The notes under the pieces were generated by a model. That model was given only the letters and a program-made list of their open reading frames with translations, made no database searches and had not been told where the DNA came from. This document shows positions 15,608 to 23,460 of a stretch of 32,000 nucleotides of DNA, in pieces. Numbering within the stretch: the first letter of the stretch is position 1; every line of letters starts with the position of its first letter. The position numbers were made by a program, and so were the translations under genes. Where the stretch lies: NCBI RefSeq assembly GCF_005696695.1, contig NZ_CP040006.1:750001-782000 (forward strand), given 5' to 3'. This DNA is from Schaalia odontolytica (GTDB lineage: Bacteria; Actinomycetota; Actinomycetes; Actinomycetales; Actinomycetaceae).

Positions 15608-16638
15608 GCGTGGGAGTTGGTCTCGCCATCACCGTGGCCCTGCTGGCCGTCAACGCTTTCTTCGTCGCCGGCGAGTTCGCCGTCACCTCGACGCGTCGCT
15701 CGCAGGTCGAGCCTCTCGCCGACGAGGGTGCGCGCGGCGCGGCCGCCGCGCTGTACGCGCTGCAGCACGTCTCCCTCATGTTGGCGATCTGCCAGCTGGG
15801 CGTGACGGTCGCATCCACGACCCTGGGCGTCGTCGCCGAGCCCGCGATCGCCCACCTCGTCGAGTCGCCGCTCGAGCGCCTGGGCGCGCCCGATGCGACC
15901 AGCCACGTCGTCGGCTTCGCCGCCGCCCTCGTCGTTGTTCTCTTCTGCCACGTCGTCTTCGGTGAGATGGTCCCGAAGAACATCTCGATCGCCGCCCCCG
16001 TGCGTATGTTGCTGATCCTGGCCCCCGTCCTCGTGCGCCTGGGCCACGTCCTGCGCCCGATTATCGAGGCCATGGACCGCTTTGCGAACTGGTTCGTGCG
16101 CCGGGCCGGTTACGAGCCGCGCTCGGAAATCTCGGCCTCCTACACGATCGAGGAGGTCGCCTCGATCGTCGTCGCCTCGCAGGAGGAGGGCGTACTGACC
16201 GACGAGTTGGGCCTGCTCAGCGGCACCCTGGAATTCTCCGAGGAGACGGCCGGGACAGCGATGGTCCCCCTCGACAAGCTCATCGTCCTGCCCGAGGGTG
16301 CCACCCCGGCTGACGTGGAAGAACAGGTCGCCCACACGGGCTACTCGCGCTTCCCGATCGCCGGCGACGACGGCTCCATCGTCGGATACGTGCACCTCAA
16401 GGACGTCCTGTACGCCACCGGTGAAGATCGCGAGCAGCCGATCACCCCGTGGCGCATCCGACGCCTCGAGGCCGTGTCCGCCGACGACCAGGTCGAAGAC
16501 GCGCTTCGCCACATGCAGCGCACCGGTGTGCACTGCGCCCTCGTGCACGATGCGGGAGCAGTCGTCGGCATCCTCTTCCTCGAAGACATCCTCGAGCTGC
16601 TGGTCGGCGAAGTCCGAGACGTTCTCCAGCGCCCGTGA
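15604..16638 (+). CDS. CNNM/DUF21-CBS family transporter, second copy lacking the CorC_HlyC tail
   Basis: 344 aa with a GTG start overlapping the upstream stop as GTGA. Motifs include AVNAFFVAGEFAVTSTRRSQVE and FGEMVPKNISIA. A CBS pair follows. A paired arrangement of these genes is common in Actinobacteria. Confidence 0.85.
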   Translation: MSVGVGLAITVALLAVNAFFVAGEFAVTSTRRSQVEPLADEGARGAAAALYALQHVSLMLAICQLGVTVASTTLGVVAEPAIAHLVESPLERLGAPDATSHVVGFAAALVVVLFCHVVFGEMVPKNISIAAPVRMLLILAPVLVRLGHVLRPIIEAMDRFANWFVRRAGYEPRSEISASYTIEEVASIVVASQEEGVLTDELGLLSGTLEFSEETAGTAMVPLDKLIVLPEGATPADVEEQVAHTGYSRFPIAGDDGSIVGYVHLKDVLYATGEDREQPITPWRIRRLEAVSADDQVEDALRHMQRTGVHCALVHDAGAVVGILFLEDILELLVGEVRDVLQRP

Positions 16639-16709
16639 CGAGCCGGGATCCGCAAGGTACATTAGATCGAGGTCGAAACTTCGTGACGAACACAGACAAG
16701 GGGGAGAGC

Positions 16710-17666
16710 GTGAGCGACACCGAGTGCCCGCTGCCCAAGCGCTCGCAGCTGCGCGCGGCGCGCCCCCACGACGCGGACGACCAGCAGGAGAACCCGACGA
16801 CGTCGGCGATTCCGATGACTGACGAGGCCTCGGCCCCCACCCTTGATCCCGCGACGGATCGAGAGGACGCGGAGGAAACCCCGGCCTCGTCGATGGGGGA
16901 GCGACGACGCAATGTTCACCCGGTCGGCTACGTCCTGCGCGCCCTCCTTGTGCTCGGGTTGGCGGGCACGACGATCGCCGTGCCCATGACGGGACGCGTC
17001 GGATCCGACTCCTCCCTGACCGTGCCCGCGCGAGCCTTCGGCGCGTCGGTGGGTGGCCCCAGCTGGGCCTTGTCCTCCGCGCTGCCCCAGGCCACCGCCC
17101 TGGACGCGACCCTCACCGCGAACTCCCGCGCCAAGGCCAAGGCCCCCGTGTCCATCACCGGCTGCGCGTCGGGCAACGGCGCGGACGGCAACCGCAACGT
17201 GCGCGTCGTCGCCGACACAATCTACTGGCCGCTCCCGCAGGGGACCTACACGATCACCTCGCCCTTCACGATGCGTATTTCGCCCGTGTCCGGCCAGCTC
17301 CTGGCCCACGAGGGTATCGACATGGCAGCCCCGCTCGACACCCCCATCACCGCTGTGTACGGCGGCGTCGTCGAGGAGGTCGCGGAGAACTCGCGATCGG
17401 GTGCCTATGTGCAGATCAAGCACACGAAATCTGACGGCACCGTCTTCCACTCCGCCTACCTGCACCAGTACATGAACAAAATTAAGGTGAAGGTCGGCGA
17501 CACCGTCACCGCCGGGCAGGTCATCGGCGCGGTCGGCAACAACGGCTGGTCGACGGGCCCGCACCTGCACTTCGAAATCCACGACTCCTCGGATACCCCC
17601 GTGGATCCGGACGCGTGGATGCAGGCAAACAAAGCTGTTTATCTCGGACAGGAGTCTTGCTCATGA
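16710..17666 (+). CDS. M23 family metallopeptidase (secreted or membrane-anchored peptidoglycan endopeptidase-like)
   Basis: Track ORF 16449..17666. I prefer GTG 16710, preceded by GGGGGAG. It has an acidic N-terminal tail and one hydrophobic anchor (VLRALLVLGLAGTTIAV). M23 motifs are HEGIDMAAP (HxxxD) and GWSTGPHLHFEIH (HxH). The start codon is uncertain. Confidence 0.8.
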   Translation: MSDTECPLPKRSQLRAARPHDADDQQENPTTSAIPMTDEASAPTLDPATDREDAEETPASSMGERRRNVHPVGYVLRALLVLGLAGTTIAVPMTGRVGSDSSLTVPARAFGASVGGPSWALSSALPQATALDATLTANSRAKAKAPVSITGCASGNGADGNRNVRVVADTIYWPLPQGTYTITSPFTMRISPVSGQLLAHEGIDMAAPLDTPITAVYGGVVEEVAENSRSGAYVQIKHTKSDGTVFHSAYLHQYMNKIKVKVGDTVTAGQVIGAVGNNGWSTGPHLHFEIHDSSDTPVDPDAWMQANKAVYLGQESCS

Positions 17667-18490
17667 TGCCCGTCACCATGCGTCAGGGGCCCATCGTTTT
17701 CGCCCACCGCGGCGGCAGCGAGGAGGCCCCCGAAAACACGATGAGCGCCTTCGCCTACGCCTACGATGCCGGGATCCGCCACGTGGAGACCGACGCCCAC
17801 ATCACCGCCGATGGCAAGGTCGTCATCTGCCACGACGAGACCGTGGACCGCTGCTACGACGGTACTGGCGTGATCGCTCAGATGACGTGGCGCGAGCTGT
17901 CCAAGCTGCGCCACCGCGACTCCGGGGAGCAGATGCCGCTGCTCGCCCAGGTCCTCGAGGCGTTCCCGGACATGTACTTCAACATTGATGCGAAGGAGCC
18001 GGGCGTCGAAGGCCCGCTCCTCGACGTCATCGCCGACCACGGAGCGGCCGACCGCGTGCTCGTCGCCTCCTTCTCCGAGCCGCGCCTGCGCGCCGTGCGC
18101 GACATTGCCGCCTCGGATCCCTCGCGCGCGGTCGCCACGTCACTGGGCACCGAGGCCGTCGTGCGCCTCGTGGGCGCCGCGAAGAGCGCCACGAACCCCG
18201 CCTGGTGGCACGTACCCGGCCCGCGCCAGGGCGCCATCGCCGCGCAGGTTCCCATGCACCAGGGCCCCATCCGCGTCGTTGACGAGCGCTTCGTGGCCAC
18301 CGCCCACACCCTGGGCCTGGCCGTCCACGTGTGGACCATCAACACGGTGGCTGACGTGCTGCGCCTCCTCGAGGTCGGCGTCGACGGCATCATCACCGAC
18401 CGCCCCGTCTTCCTGCGCGACTTCCTGGACCAGCGCGGCCTGTGGACGCAGCCCCCGGCTCCGGGTTCTGTTTCGGGCCCCAGGGACTGA
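17663..18490 (+). CDS. Glycerophosphodiester phosphodiesterase family protein
   Basis: Track ORF 17615..18490. I prefer ATG 17663 (MMPVTMRQGPIVFAHRGGSEEAPENTMSAF), which overlaps the M23 stop as ATGA and is preceded by GGACAGGAG. The GDPD N-terminal block HRG...ENT and ETD.H are present. Confidence 0.85.
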   Translation: MMPVTMRQGPIVFAHRGGSEEAPENTMSAFAYAYDAGIRHVETDAHITADGKVVICHDETVDRCYDGTGVIAQMTWRELSKLRHRDSGEQMPLLAQVLEAFPDMYFNIDAKEPGVEGPLLDVIADHGAADRVLVASFSEPRLRAVRDIAASDPSRAVATSLGTEAVVRLVGAAKSATNPAWWHVPGPRQGAIAAQVPMHQGPIRVVDERFVATAHTLGLAVHVWTINTVADVLRLLEVGVDGIITDRPVFLRDFLDQRGLWTQPPAPGSVSGPRD

Positions 18491-18506
18491 GGTTATTGCT
18501 TGAAAT

Positions 18507-18538
18507 GGCGGGCGCGCACCGGCGGGTGCACGCCCGCC
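18507..18538 (+). terminator. GC-rich hairpin after the four-gene operon (candidate intrinsic terminator without a U-tract)
   Basis: The hairpin is ggcgggcgcgcacc-ggcg-ggtgcacgcccgcc, a 14-bp stem with one mismatch. No T-run follows, as is often seen in high-GC actinobacteria. Confidence 0.4.
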
Positions 18539-18612
18539 AATCCACCTGAACAAACGTGTTGATTGCCTCGTCGATGAGGCTCTGGGAAAACGAGTAGTAG
18601 AGGGAAACGCCG

Positions 18613-19536
18613 ATGTGGGTACTGGGAGCTTTCATTCTCGGAACGTTGGGCCTCCTCATGTGGTACATGAGAATGTTCTGTGACAACCCGACCGCCGAGC
18701 TGTGGCGGAGCGTGGGGCTCGGGTTTCGTCTGGGAAGGATCCTTGGAACGGGGAGGGCCGCTCAGAACTTCACTGCAGTGTCGTTTCCTGCAATCTCGAC
18801 GGCATTCTTACTGATAGCCCCCGCGAAATGCGCCGAGTCGCTTGGAGCACCTACATGGTTGATTGTCAGTCTGGTTGGCGTATCTATGCTTCTCATGATC
18901 GCTGCTTTCATCGCTATCATCCCCTTCAAGTACCCCGATTGCTTTTATGAAGATTGGCAATATGCCAAACGGCACGGCCTCTTAGAAGAAGGAAAGGCCG
19001 GGAAGAAATCCTCTCAGAACCGCGATTCCGGCGGGGTAGATCGTCACGTGGGCACAGGCGTGACGATGCGTGTGGCTTCCGGTTGGAGGCAGCTGTCCGA
19101 GGAGGAACGCGGAGAGCTCGGGGATCTCGGCCAGGATGAGAGTATTCGCTTCATTGCCGTCGCAGAGGCGACAGAGGGGTACGTGCCGAACATCGTTATT
19201 ACTGAAACTGAGGTCTTCAGCGGCAAAGGCGACAAGGAACTCCTCGACGACAGCGCTCGTCGCCTGGCTGAGCCGCATCCTGGATGCCGCCTCATTGACG
19301 ACACCGTCGCGCCGTATCCCACGTCGCGTACCCGCCTCATCACGGGCGTGTACACCCTCAACGGCACCTCGATGACTGTCTCGCAGCTCGTGTGGCTCAC
19401 CCGGCATAGAAACGAAGGGGACGAGGAACCCCGTCGATTCCTATGGGCCGCGACATGTACGTGCGCGAGTAGTGACTTCCCAACGGTTATTGCCAGCTTC
19501 ATGGAGATGGCGCAGACCCTGGAGGTGGAATCGTGA
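18613..19536 (+). CDS. Hypothetical membrane protein (about 3 N-terminal TM helices plus a ~170-aa soluble C-terminal domain)
   Basis: 307 aa with RBS GAGGGA 6 nt upstream. TM candidates are WVLGAFILGTLGLLMWYM, FTAVSFPAISTAFLLIAPA and WLIVSLVGVSMLLMIAAFIAIIPF. Sampled lines show low GC, 45-53%. I found no motif I can assign with confidence. Confidence 0.65.
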   Translation: MWVLGAFILGTLGLLMWYMRMFCDNPTAELWRSVGLGFRLGRILGTGRAAQNFTAVSFPAISTAFLLIAPAKCAESLGAPTWLIVSLVGVSMLLMIAAFIAIIPFKYPDCFYEDWQYAKRHGLLEEGKAGKKSSQNRDSGGVDRHVGTGVTMRVASGWRQLSEEERGELGDLGQDESIRFIAVAEATEGYVPNIVITETEVFSGKGDKELLDDSARRLAEPHPGCRLIDDTVAPYPTSRTRLITGVYTLNGTSMTVSQLVWLTRHRNEGDEEPRRFLWAATCTCASSDFPTVIASFMEMAQTLEVES

Positions 19537-20303
19537 CCGCAGAAGGAACCACGGCCTCGTCGCCGGAGGAGCTCGTCGTCTCCCTCGAACAGGCGAATGC
19601 GCTTATTGACCTCATTGGTATACGGGAAGGGCACAACGCTCTATCGAGTGCGTTGCCGGTCAGTGGACTCATGGCCGCTGGCCTCGCCGATTCCAACGGC
19701 CTCATCGGTGACGCTGAGGCGATGCTGGGCCCCGCGCGCACGGTCGACTCGCGCCTCGCTATCCGCATCGTCTCACCGAGGCCGAGCATCGGGGTGCGCA
19801 ATGTGCGGATCTGGCCCTCGCGGCCGCTCTCGGTCGTCATGCGCGTCGAGGATGACGGCGCGCACTTCACCCAGGTCGATGACTGCGATGTCCCGCGTAT
19901 CCTCGCCGAGGAGACTCTCATTAAGCCCGGGCCGACCATCCATGACGGCCCGCCGTGGATCTCCGCCGACTTCGTGCAGGCGGTGCGTGACGTGGACCTG
20001 GAAAGGGCGCAGTCAGCCCTGATCGATGTGGCCGCCAAGGGCCCCAGTGACTCTCACTTTTCGCAGGACTGCTGGCACAAGCGCTGGAGCGTCGTGCTCT
20101 GCGTGCGGGAAGAGCGCACCCCGGGCGGGTGGAAGGATGCCGGGCACGTCGAGTGCATCATCACCGACCACATGCACGCGCAAATCCACGCGCCCCTCGA
20201 TCCTCGCGCGCTCGCCCTCATGCGGGAGCGGAACGCACCCACCCTGGACGCTCCGCCGCGCACGGCGCTGTGGGGGTTCTTGATGGAGCTGCTCGCCAAA
20301 TAG
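19533..20303 (+). CDS. Hypothetical soluble acidic protein, translationally coupled to 18613..19536
   Basis: 256 aa with a GTG start overlapping the upstream stop as GTGA. It has no TM helix or signal peptide. No family is recognised. There is a weak thematic resemblance to the N-terminus of EspG-type chaperones (VVSLEQANALIDLIG...LPVSG), which is speculative. Confidence 0.6.
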   Translation: MTAEGTTASSPEELVVSLEQANALIDLIGIREGHNALSSALPVSGLMAAGLADSNGLIGDAEAMLGPARTVDSRLAIRIVSPRPSIGVRNVRIWPSRPLSVVMRVEDDGAHFTQVDDCDVPRILAEETLIKPGPTIHDGPPWISADFVQAVRDVDLERAQSALIDVAAKGPSDSHFSQDCWHKRWSVVLCVREERTPGGWKDAGHVECIITDHMHAQIHAPLDPRALALMRERNAPTLDAPPRTALWGFLMELLAK

Positions 20304-20338
20304 TGTGACTTGTGGGTGTCGCTTCGGCATAACGAAAC

Positions 20339-20372
20339 GAGGGGGACGGAGCCGCTTGGCTCCGACCCCCTC
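20339..20372. terminator. Hairpin between convergent genes (likely terminator, mainly for the minus-strand transporter)
   Basis: The hairpin is gagggggacggagcc-gctt-ggctccgaccccctc, a 15-bp stem with one A-A mismatch. On the minus strand it is followed by GTTTCGTT. No T-run follows on the plus strand. Confidence 0.5.
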
Positions 20373-20396
20373 GACGCGTCCGTCAGGATTGCCGAC

Positions 20397-21815
20397 TCAC
20401 TCGTTGCCGCTGAAGTCGGCCACGGCCTCGTCCAGGCCCGCGCGACGGATGCGCACGAGCGACAGGAACACCAGGCCGGCAGCCAGAGCGATGCCCAGGC
20501 CTCGAACCAGCCAGGTCTCGCCCACGAAGATCATCGCCATGGCGGCCAGGACGGGCACCAGGAGCGTGAACGCGTAGCCGATGTAGCGGCCGAACGACGG
20601 CATGGGCACGCCGTCGGACTCGGCGACCGACTTGACCATGAAGTTCGGGCCGTTGCCGATGTACGTGATAGCGCCGCAGAACACGGCGCCGAGCGAAATC
20701 GGGATCAGGTAGTACTCGGGCACGCCCGCGACCAGGGTGCCCTCGCCGCCGGAAGCCTTCGCCATCTCGAAGAACGTCATGTACGTCGGGGCGTTATCCA
20801 GGATCGAGGACAGGCCGCCCGTGAACACGAAGTACGTCATGCGGGTCAGCGGCAGCGACGGGGCGATCTGCTCCAGGTAGCGCAGCGCCGGCGCCATCGT
20901 CGAGAAAATACCGATGAACAGGGTCGCAACCTCCATGATCGGAGCCCACGTGAACGCGTTCTCCTCGAAGCGCACCTTCTTGTCCGAGAGCTTGTAGGAC
21001 AGACCCGCGACCGTGAACATGATGACCTCGCGCCACGGCACCAGGTCGACCCACGAGTGGACGTGGCCCTCAGCCAGCGCCTCGCCGTCCCACGACGGAG
21101 CGAAAGCCACGGACAGGATGATGATCGCAAAGAACAGCAGGTTGATCTTGCCGTGCAGGCTCAGGGGCTTGACCTCGCGGTCGTCGGCCTCGATGGAAGC
21201 GGTGTCCTCGGAGGCGTAGCGCACGCGGTCGATCGAGTAGTACGACAGGAGCAACAGCACCAGGACGAACAGCCATTCCTTCCACAGCGCGAACGTCCAC
21301 GCGAACGGCACACCGTGCAGGTAGCCGAGGAACAGCGGCGGATCGCCGAGCGGAGTCAGTATGCCGCCACAGTTCGCCACAATGAAGATCGTGAACAGGA
21401 CCGTGTGCACGCGGTGCTTACGTTCCTTGTTCGTCTCGAGGAGCGGGCGGATCAGCAGCATGGCCGCGCCCGTCGTCCCAATGAACGAGGCCAGGAGGCC
21501 GCCGATCGCCAGGAAGATCGTGTTGTTGCGCGGCGTGGCCTTGATGTCGCCGGCCAGGTGAATGCCGCCGGAGACCACGAACAGCGCGAAGAGCAGCGCG
21601 ATGAACTGCACGTACTCCACGCCCGTGGCGATGAGCGGGCCGGTGCCCGCCTTCATGAACATCCAGATCGTCGTCGGCACGCCCAAGAGGAGTGCGACGG
21701 ACAGCTGGGAGGATTCCTTCTCCCACCAGTGCGAGGTCTTCGGGATGATAGGCAAGAGCGCGATGCATGCGAGCATCGCAACGAAGGGGAGCAGGCTCCA
21801 CCAGGGGTAGGTCAT
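20397..21815 (-). CDS. Polytopic ion transporter, NhaD/ArsB/CitMHS superfamily (putative sodium:proton antiporter)
   Basis: 472 aa and highly hydrophobic throughout. The N-terminus reads MTYPWWSLLPFVAMLACIALLPIIPKTSHWWEK. Repeated GG..A.F.GN.PN-type segments occur (ITYIGNGPNFMV, FIVANCGGILTPLGDPPLFLG), as in NhaD-like or arsenite-permease-fold transporters. Substrate cannot be inferred. Confidence 0.7.
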   Translation of the reverse strand: MTYPWWSLLPFVAMLACIALLPIIPKTSHWWEKESSQLSVALLLGVPTTIWMFMKAGTGPLIATGVEYVQFIALLFALFVVSGGIHLAGDIKATPRNNTIFLAIGGLLASFIGTTGAAMLLIRPLLETNKERKHRVHTVLFTIFIVANCGGILTPLGDPPLFLGYLHGVPFAWTFALWKEWLFVLVLLLLSYYSIDRVRYASEDTASIEADDREVKPLSLHGKINLLFFAIIILSVAFAPSWDGEALAEGHVHSWVDLVPWREVIMFTVAGLSYKLSDKKVRFEENAFTWAPIMEVATLFIGIFSTMAPALRYLEQIAPSLPLTRMTYFVFTGGLSSILDNAPTYMTFFEMAKASGGEGTLVAGVPEYYLIPISLGAVFCGAITYIGNGPNFMVKSVAESDGVPMPSFGRYIGYAFTLLVPVLAAMAMIFVGETWLVRGLGIALAAGLVFLSLVRIRRAGLDEAVADFSGNE

Positions 21816-21983
21816 CGGCCAGTCCTTGGTTGACGATAAATACGCTCACCATTTTATGGGGTGGGGAGCGGGGTGCGGAGTGTTCCAGGAGGTGGGAGTG
21901 GCCTCATCGACGAGGCCGGGGCGCGTTCGCTCGCGGGTTTCCGCTGGGTTAGACGCGGGCATTGTGAGCGGTGTGGATATGAG

Positions 21984-22059
21984 TGGCACCCCGAACAGGA
22001 CTCGAACCTGCGACCTCTTGCACCGGAGGCAAGCGCTCTATCCGCTGAGCTATCGGGGC
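21984..22059 (-). tRNA. tRNA-Arg (anticodon CCG), 76 nt with encoded CCA
   Basis: The reverse complement is GCCCCGATAGCTCAGCGGATAGAGCGCTTGCCTCCGGTGCAAGAGGTCGCAGGTTCGAGTCCTGTTCGGGGTGCCA. It folds as a cloverleaf with a 7-bp acceptor stem (G1-U72 wobble) and a D arm GCTC/GAGC. The anticodon stem is CTTGC/GCAAG with loop CT-CCG-GT. The T arm is GCAGG-TTCGAGT-CCTGT. Confidence 0.92.
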
Positions 22060-22159
22060 AGCTCGGTCAGTTTAGCAGGGTTTCATACAACCACGCGGGA
22101 CGGTGATGTGTGCCATACTAGTGGGCGTTGCTTGTTTGAGAACTCTTCAGGAGGATCCC

Positions 22160-22615
22160 ATGCGCGTTCATATCGGCACCGATCACGCCGGTTTCGAACT
22201 CAAGGAAAAGGTCGTCGCGCACCTGCGCGAGGCCGGTCACGATGTCGTCGACCATGGCGCCCACACCTACGATGCCCTCGACGACTACCCGCCGTTCTGC
22301 ATTGAAGCCGCCCAGGCGGTCGTCGATGAGCCGGGCAGCCTCGGCATCGTCATCGGTGGCTCCGGCAATGGCGAGCAGATGGCCGCCAACTGCGTGGAAG
22401 GCGTGCGAGCTGCCCTCGTGTGGTCGGATGCGACCGCACGTTTGGCCCGCGAGCACAACGACGCGAACGTCGTGGCCGTCGGCGCCCGCCAGCACAGCGA
22501 AGAAGAGGCTCTGGCCCTCATCGATGCATTCCTGGAGACCCCCTTCAGCGGCGACGAGCGCCACCAGCGCCGCATCGACCTGATGAAGGACTACGAGCGC
22601 TCCGTGCGCGCCTGA
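22160..22615 (+). CDS. rpiB: Ribose-5-phosphate isomerase B
   Basis: Track ORF 22103..22615. I prefer ATG 22160, preceded by CAGGAGGA. The sequence MRVHIGTDHAGFELKEKVVAHLREAGHDVVDHG...IVIGGSGNGEQMAANCVEGVRAALVWS...AREHNDANVVAVGAR is the RpiB/LacAB signature. Confidence 0.92.
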   Translation: MRVHIGTDHAGFELKEKVVAHLREAGHDVVDHGAHTYDALDDYPPFCIEAAQAVVDEPGSLGIVIGGSGNGEQMAANCVEGVRAALVWSDATARLAREHNDANVVAVGARQHSEEEALALIDAFLETPFSGDERHQRRIDLMKDYERSVRA

Positions 22616-22649
22616 TAGTCGCTCGCATCCGCGCTAATACATACGAGGC

Positions 22650-22682
22650 GGGGCCGGTGAATGATCACCGGCCCCGTTTTGT
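22650..22682 (+). terminator. Rho-independent terminator after rpiB
   Basis: The hairpin is ggggccggtga-atga-tcaccggcccc followed by GTTTTGTGTG. Confidence 0.75.
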
Positions 22683-22865
22683 GTGCCTGTTTATGGGGGC
22701 TCGGTATTTCCGCATGCAATTCCCCAGTGAGTCCTTCAAGCTGTGATGGCAGAGCCTTGAGATTGCAGCGTTTCCGAGAACACGTCGGTGCAGGCAATCG
22801 TGGAATTGCATGCGACTTTGGGTGTGGGGGACGCATCGGCGTATCAGTGAGGGAGGTGCTTGCTG

Positions 22866-23125
22866 CACGAAACTGAGGACACCTTTGCGAACGGCACATC
22901 TCCGAGGGATGAAACCGGTGACACCTTTGCTAGCTCGTCGTCATCGCGGTTTGAAACCGCCGTCACCACTGCGGGTGAAAAATAGCTGAATCAGGACGCG
23001 TTTCGACCTGCAAAGGTGCTCGCGGTTTCAATGAGGTCTGATTGGATCCCCGCAAAGGCGTCAGTGGTTTCAATGGTGGCATATTGGGGTGGGAAACGGT
23101 GTCGTTGGTTTCACCGATGTAGGTT
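22866..23125. repeat. 42-bp periodic repeat array: three direct copies of a ~21-nt core facing three inverted copies
   Basis: Forward cores are GAAACTGAGGACACCTTTGCG (22869), GAAACCGGTGACACCTTTGCT (22911) and GAAACCGCCGTCACCACTGCG (22953). Inverted cores are TGCAAAGGTGCTCGCGGTTTC (23009..23029), CGCAAAGGCGTCAGTGGTTTC (23051..23071) and GGAAACGGTGTCGTTGGTTTC (23092..23112). Spacing is 42, 42 and then 42, 41 nt. The symmetry centre is near 22991. Confidence 0.7.
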
Positions 23126-23236
23126 GGGCTCCAACTGTGAGAGAAAAATCGCCCTGCTTGGGGTGTTTGTGCCTTGAGCGTGACATTTTTCGCCCAGCGG
23201 GCCAAAAATGGCCCAAAATGGGCGATTTTTGCGGTG

Positions 23237-23340
23237 TTGGGCGAGTTTTGTACCGGTTTGGGTGAGTGAGCATGCGTGTTGGGCGAGTTTTGTACCGGTT
23301 TGGGTGAGTGAGCATGCGTGCTGGGCGAGTTTTGTCCCGG
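23237..23340. repeat. 42-bp tandem repeat, about 2.5 copies, non-coding
   Basis: The unit ttgggcgagttttgtaccggtttgggtgagtgagcatgcgtg starts at 23237 and 23279, and these two copies are identical. A partial third copy starts at 23321 (ctgggcgagttttgtcccgg). A related degenerate piece (gggcgatttttgcgg) lies just upstream. Confidence 0.9.
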
Positions 23341-23460
23341 ATGGCGCGCGAAACGGTCCGCCGGGGGCACCATGGTTGTGGCTCTCCTCGTAGCCAGGCA
23401 CTAGCATATCTGGCCCAGTGGCAGCGCCCCGCACGACTAACCCAGCCCCGGCCTCGACCC

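Noticed and set aside
14219-16662. Long minus-strand ORFs (14219..15316, 14503..15414, 15553..16662) opposite the CNNM genes
   Set aside because: They are antisense shadows of two well-supported DUF21-CBS genes and carry no recognisable motifs.
16639-16814. Possible cyclic-di-AMP (ydaO-type) riboswitch upstream of the M23 peptidase, as often found before actinobacterial cell-wall hydrolase genes
   Set aside because: The gap to the most likely start (16710) is only about 70 nt. I could not recognise the conserved ydaO pseudo-symmetric motifs by eye. It would need a covariance-model scan to exclude fully.
18490-18612. att-like partial copy of the tRNA-Arg 3' end that would delimit an island from 18490 to 21984
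   Set aside because: The best match by eye is cctgaacaaacg against cccgaacaggac, about 9 of 12 positions, which is not convincing. No integrase is present in the window.
20310-21833. 507-aa plus-strand ORF opposite the transporter gene
   Set aside because: The minus-strand product is a coherent polytopic membrane protein. The plus-strand translation is highly charged Arg/Asp/His-rich low complexity.
22866-23340. Possible CRISPR array, given regularly spaced ~21-nt cores with ~21-nt spacers
   Set aside because: There are only three copies per orientation and the orientation flips in the middle. The cores are imperfect and shorter than typical CRISPR repeats. No cas genes or leader are present. 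The second repeat block has no spacers at all.
22963-23373. 136-aa minus-strand ORF with HAHSPKPVQNSPNT repeats
   Set aside because: Its repeat is simply the 42-bp DNA tandem repeat read in frame. The ORF also spans the inverted-repeat array, has no RBS or domain, and lies in lower-GC non-coding-looking sequence.
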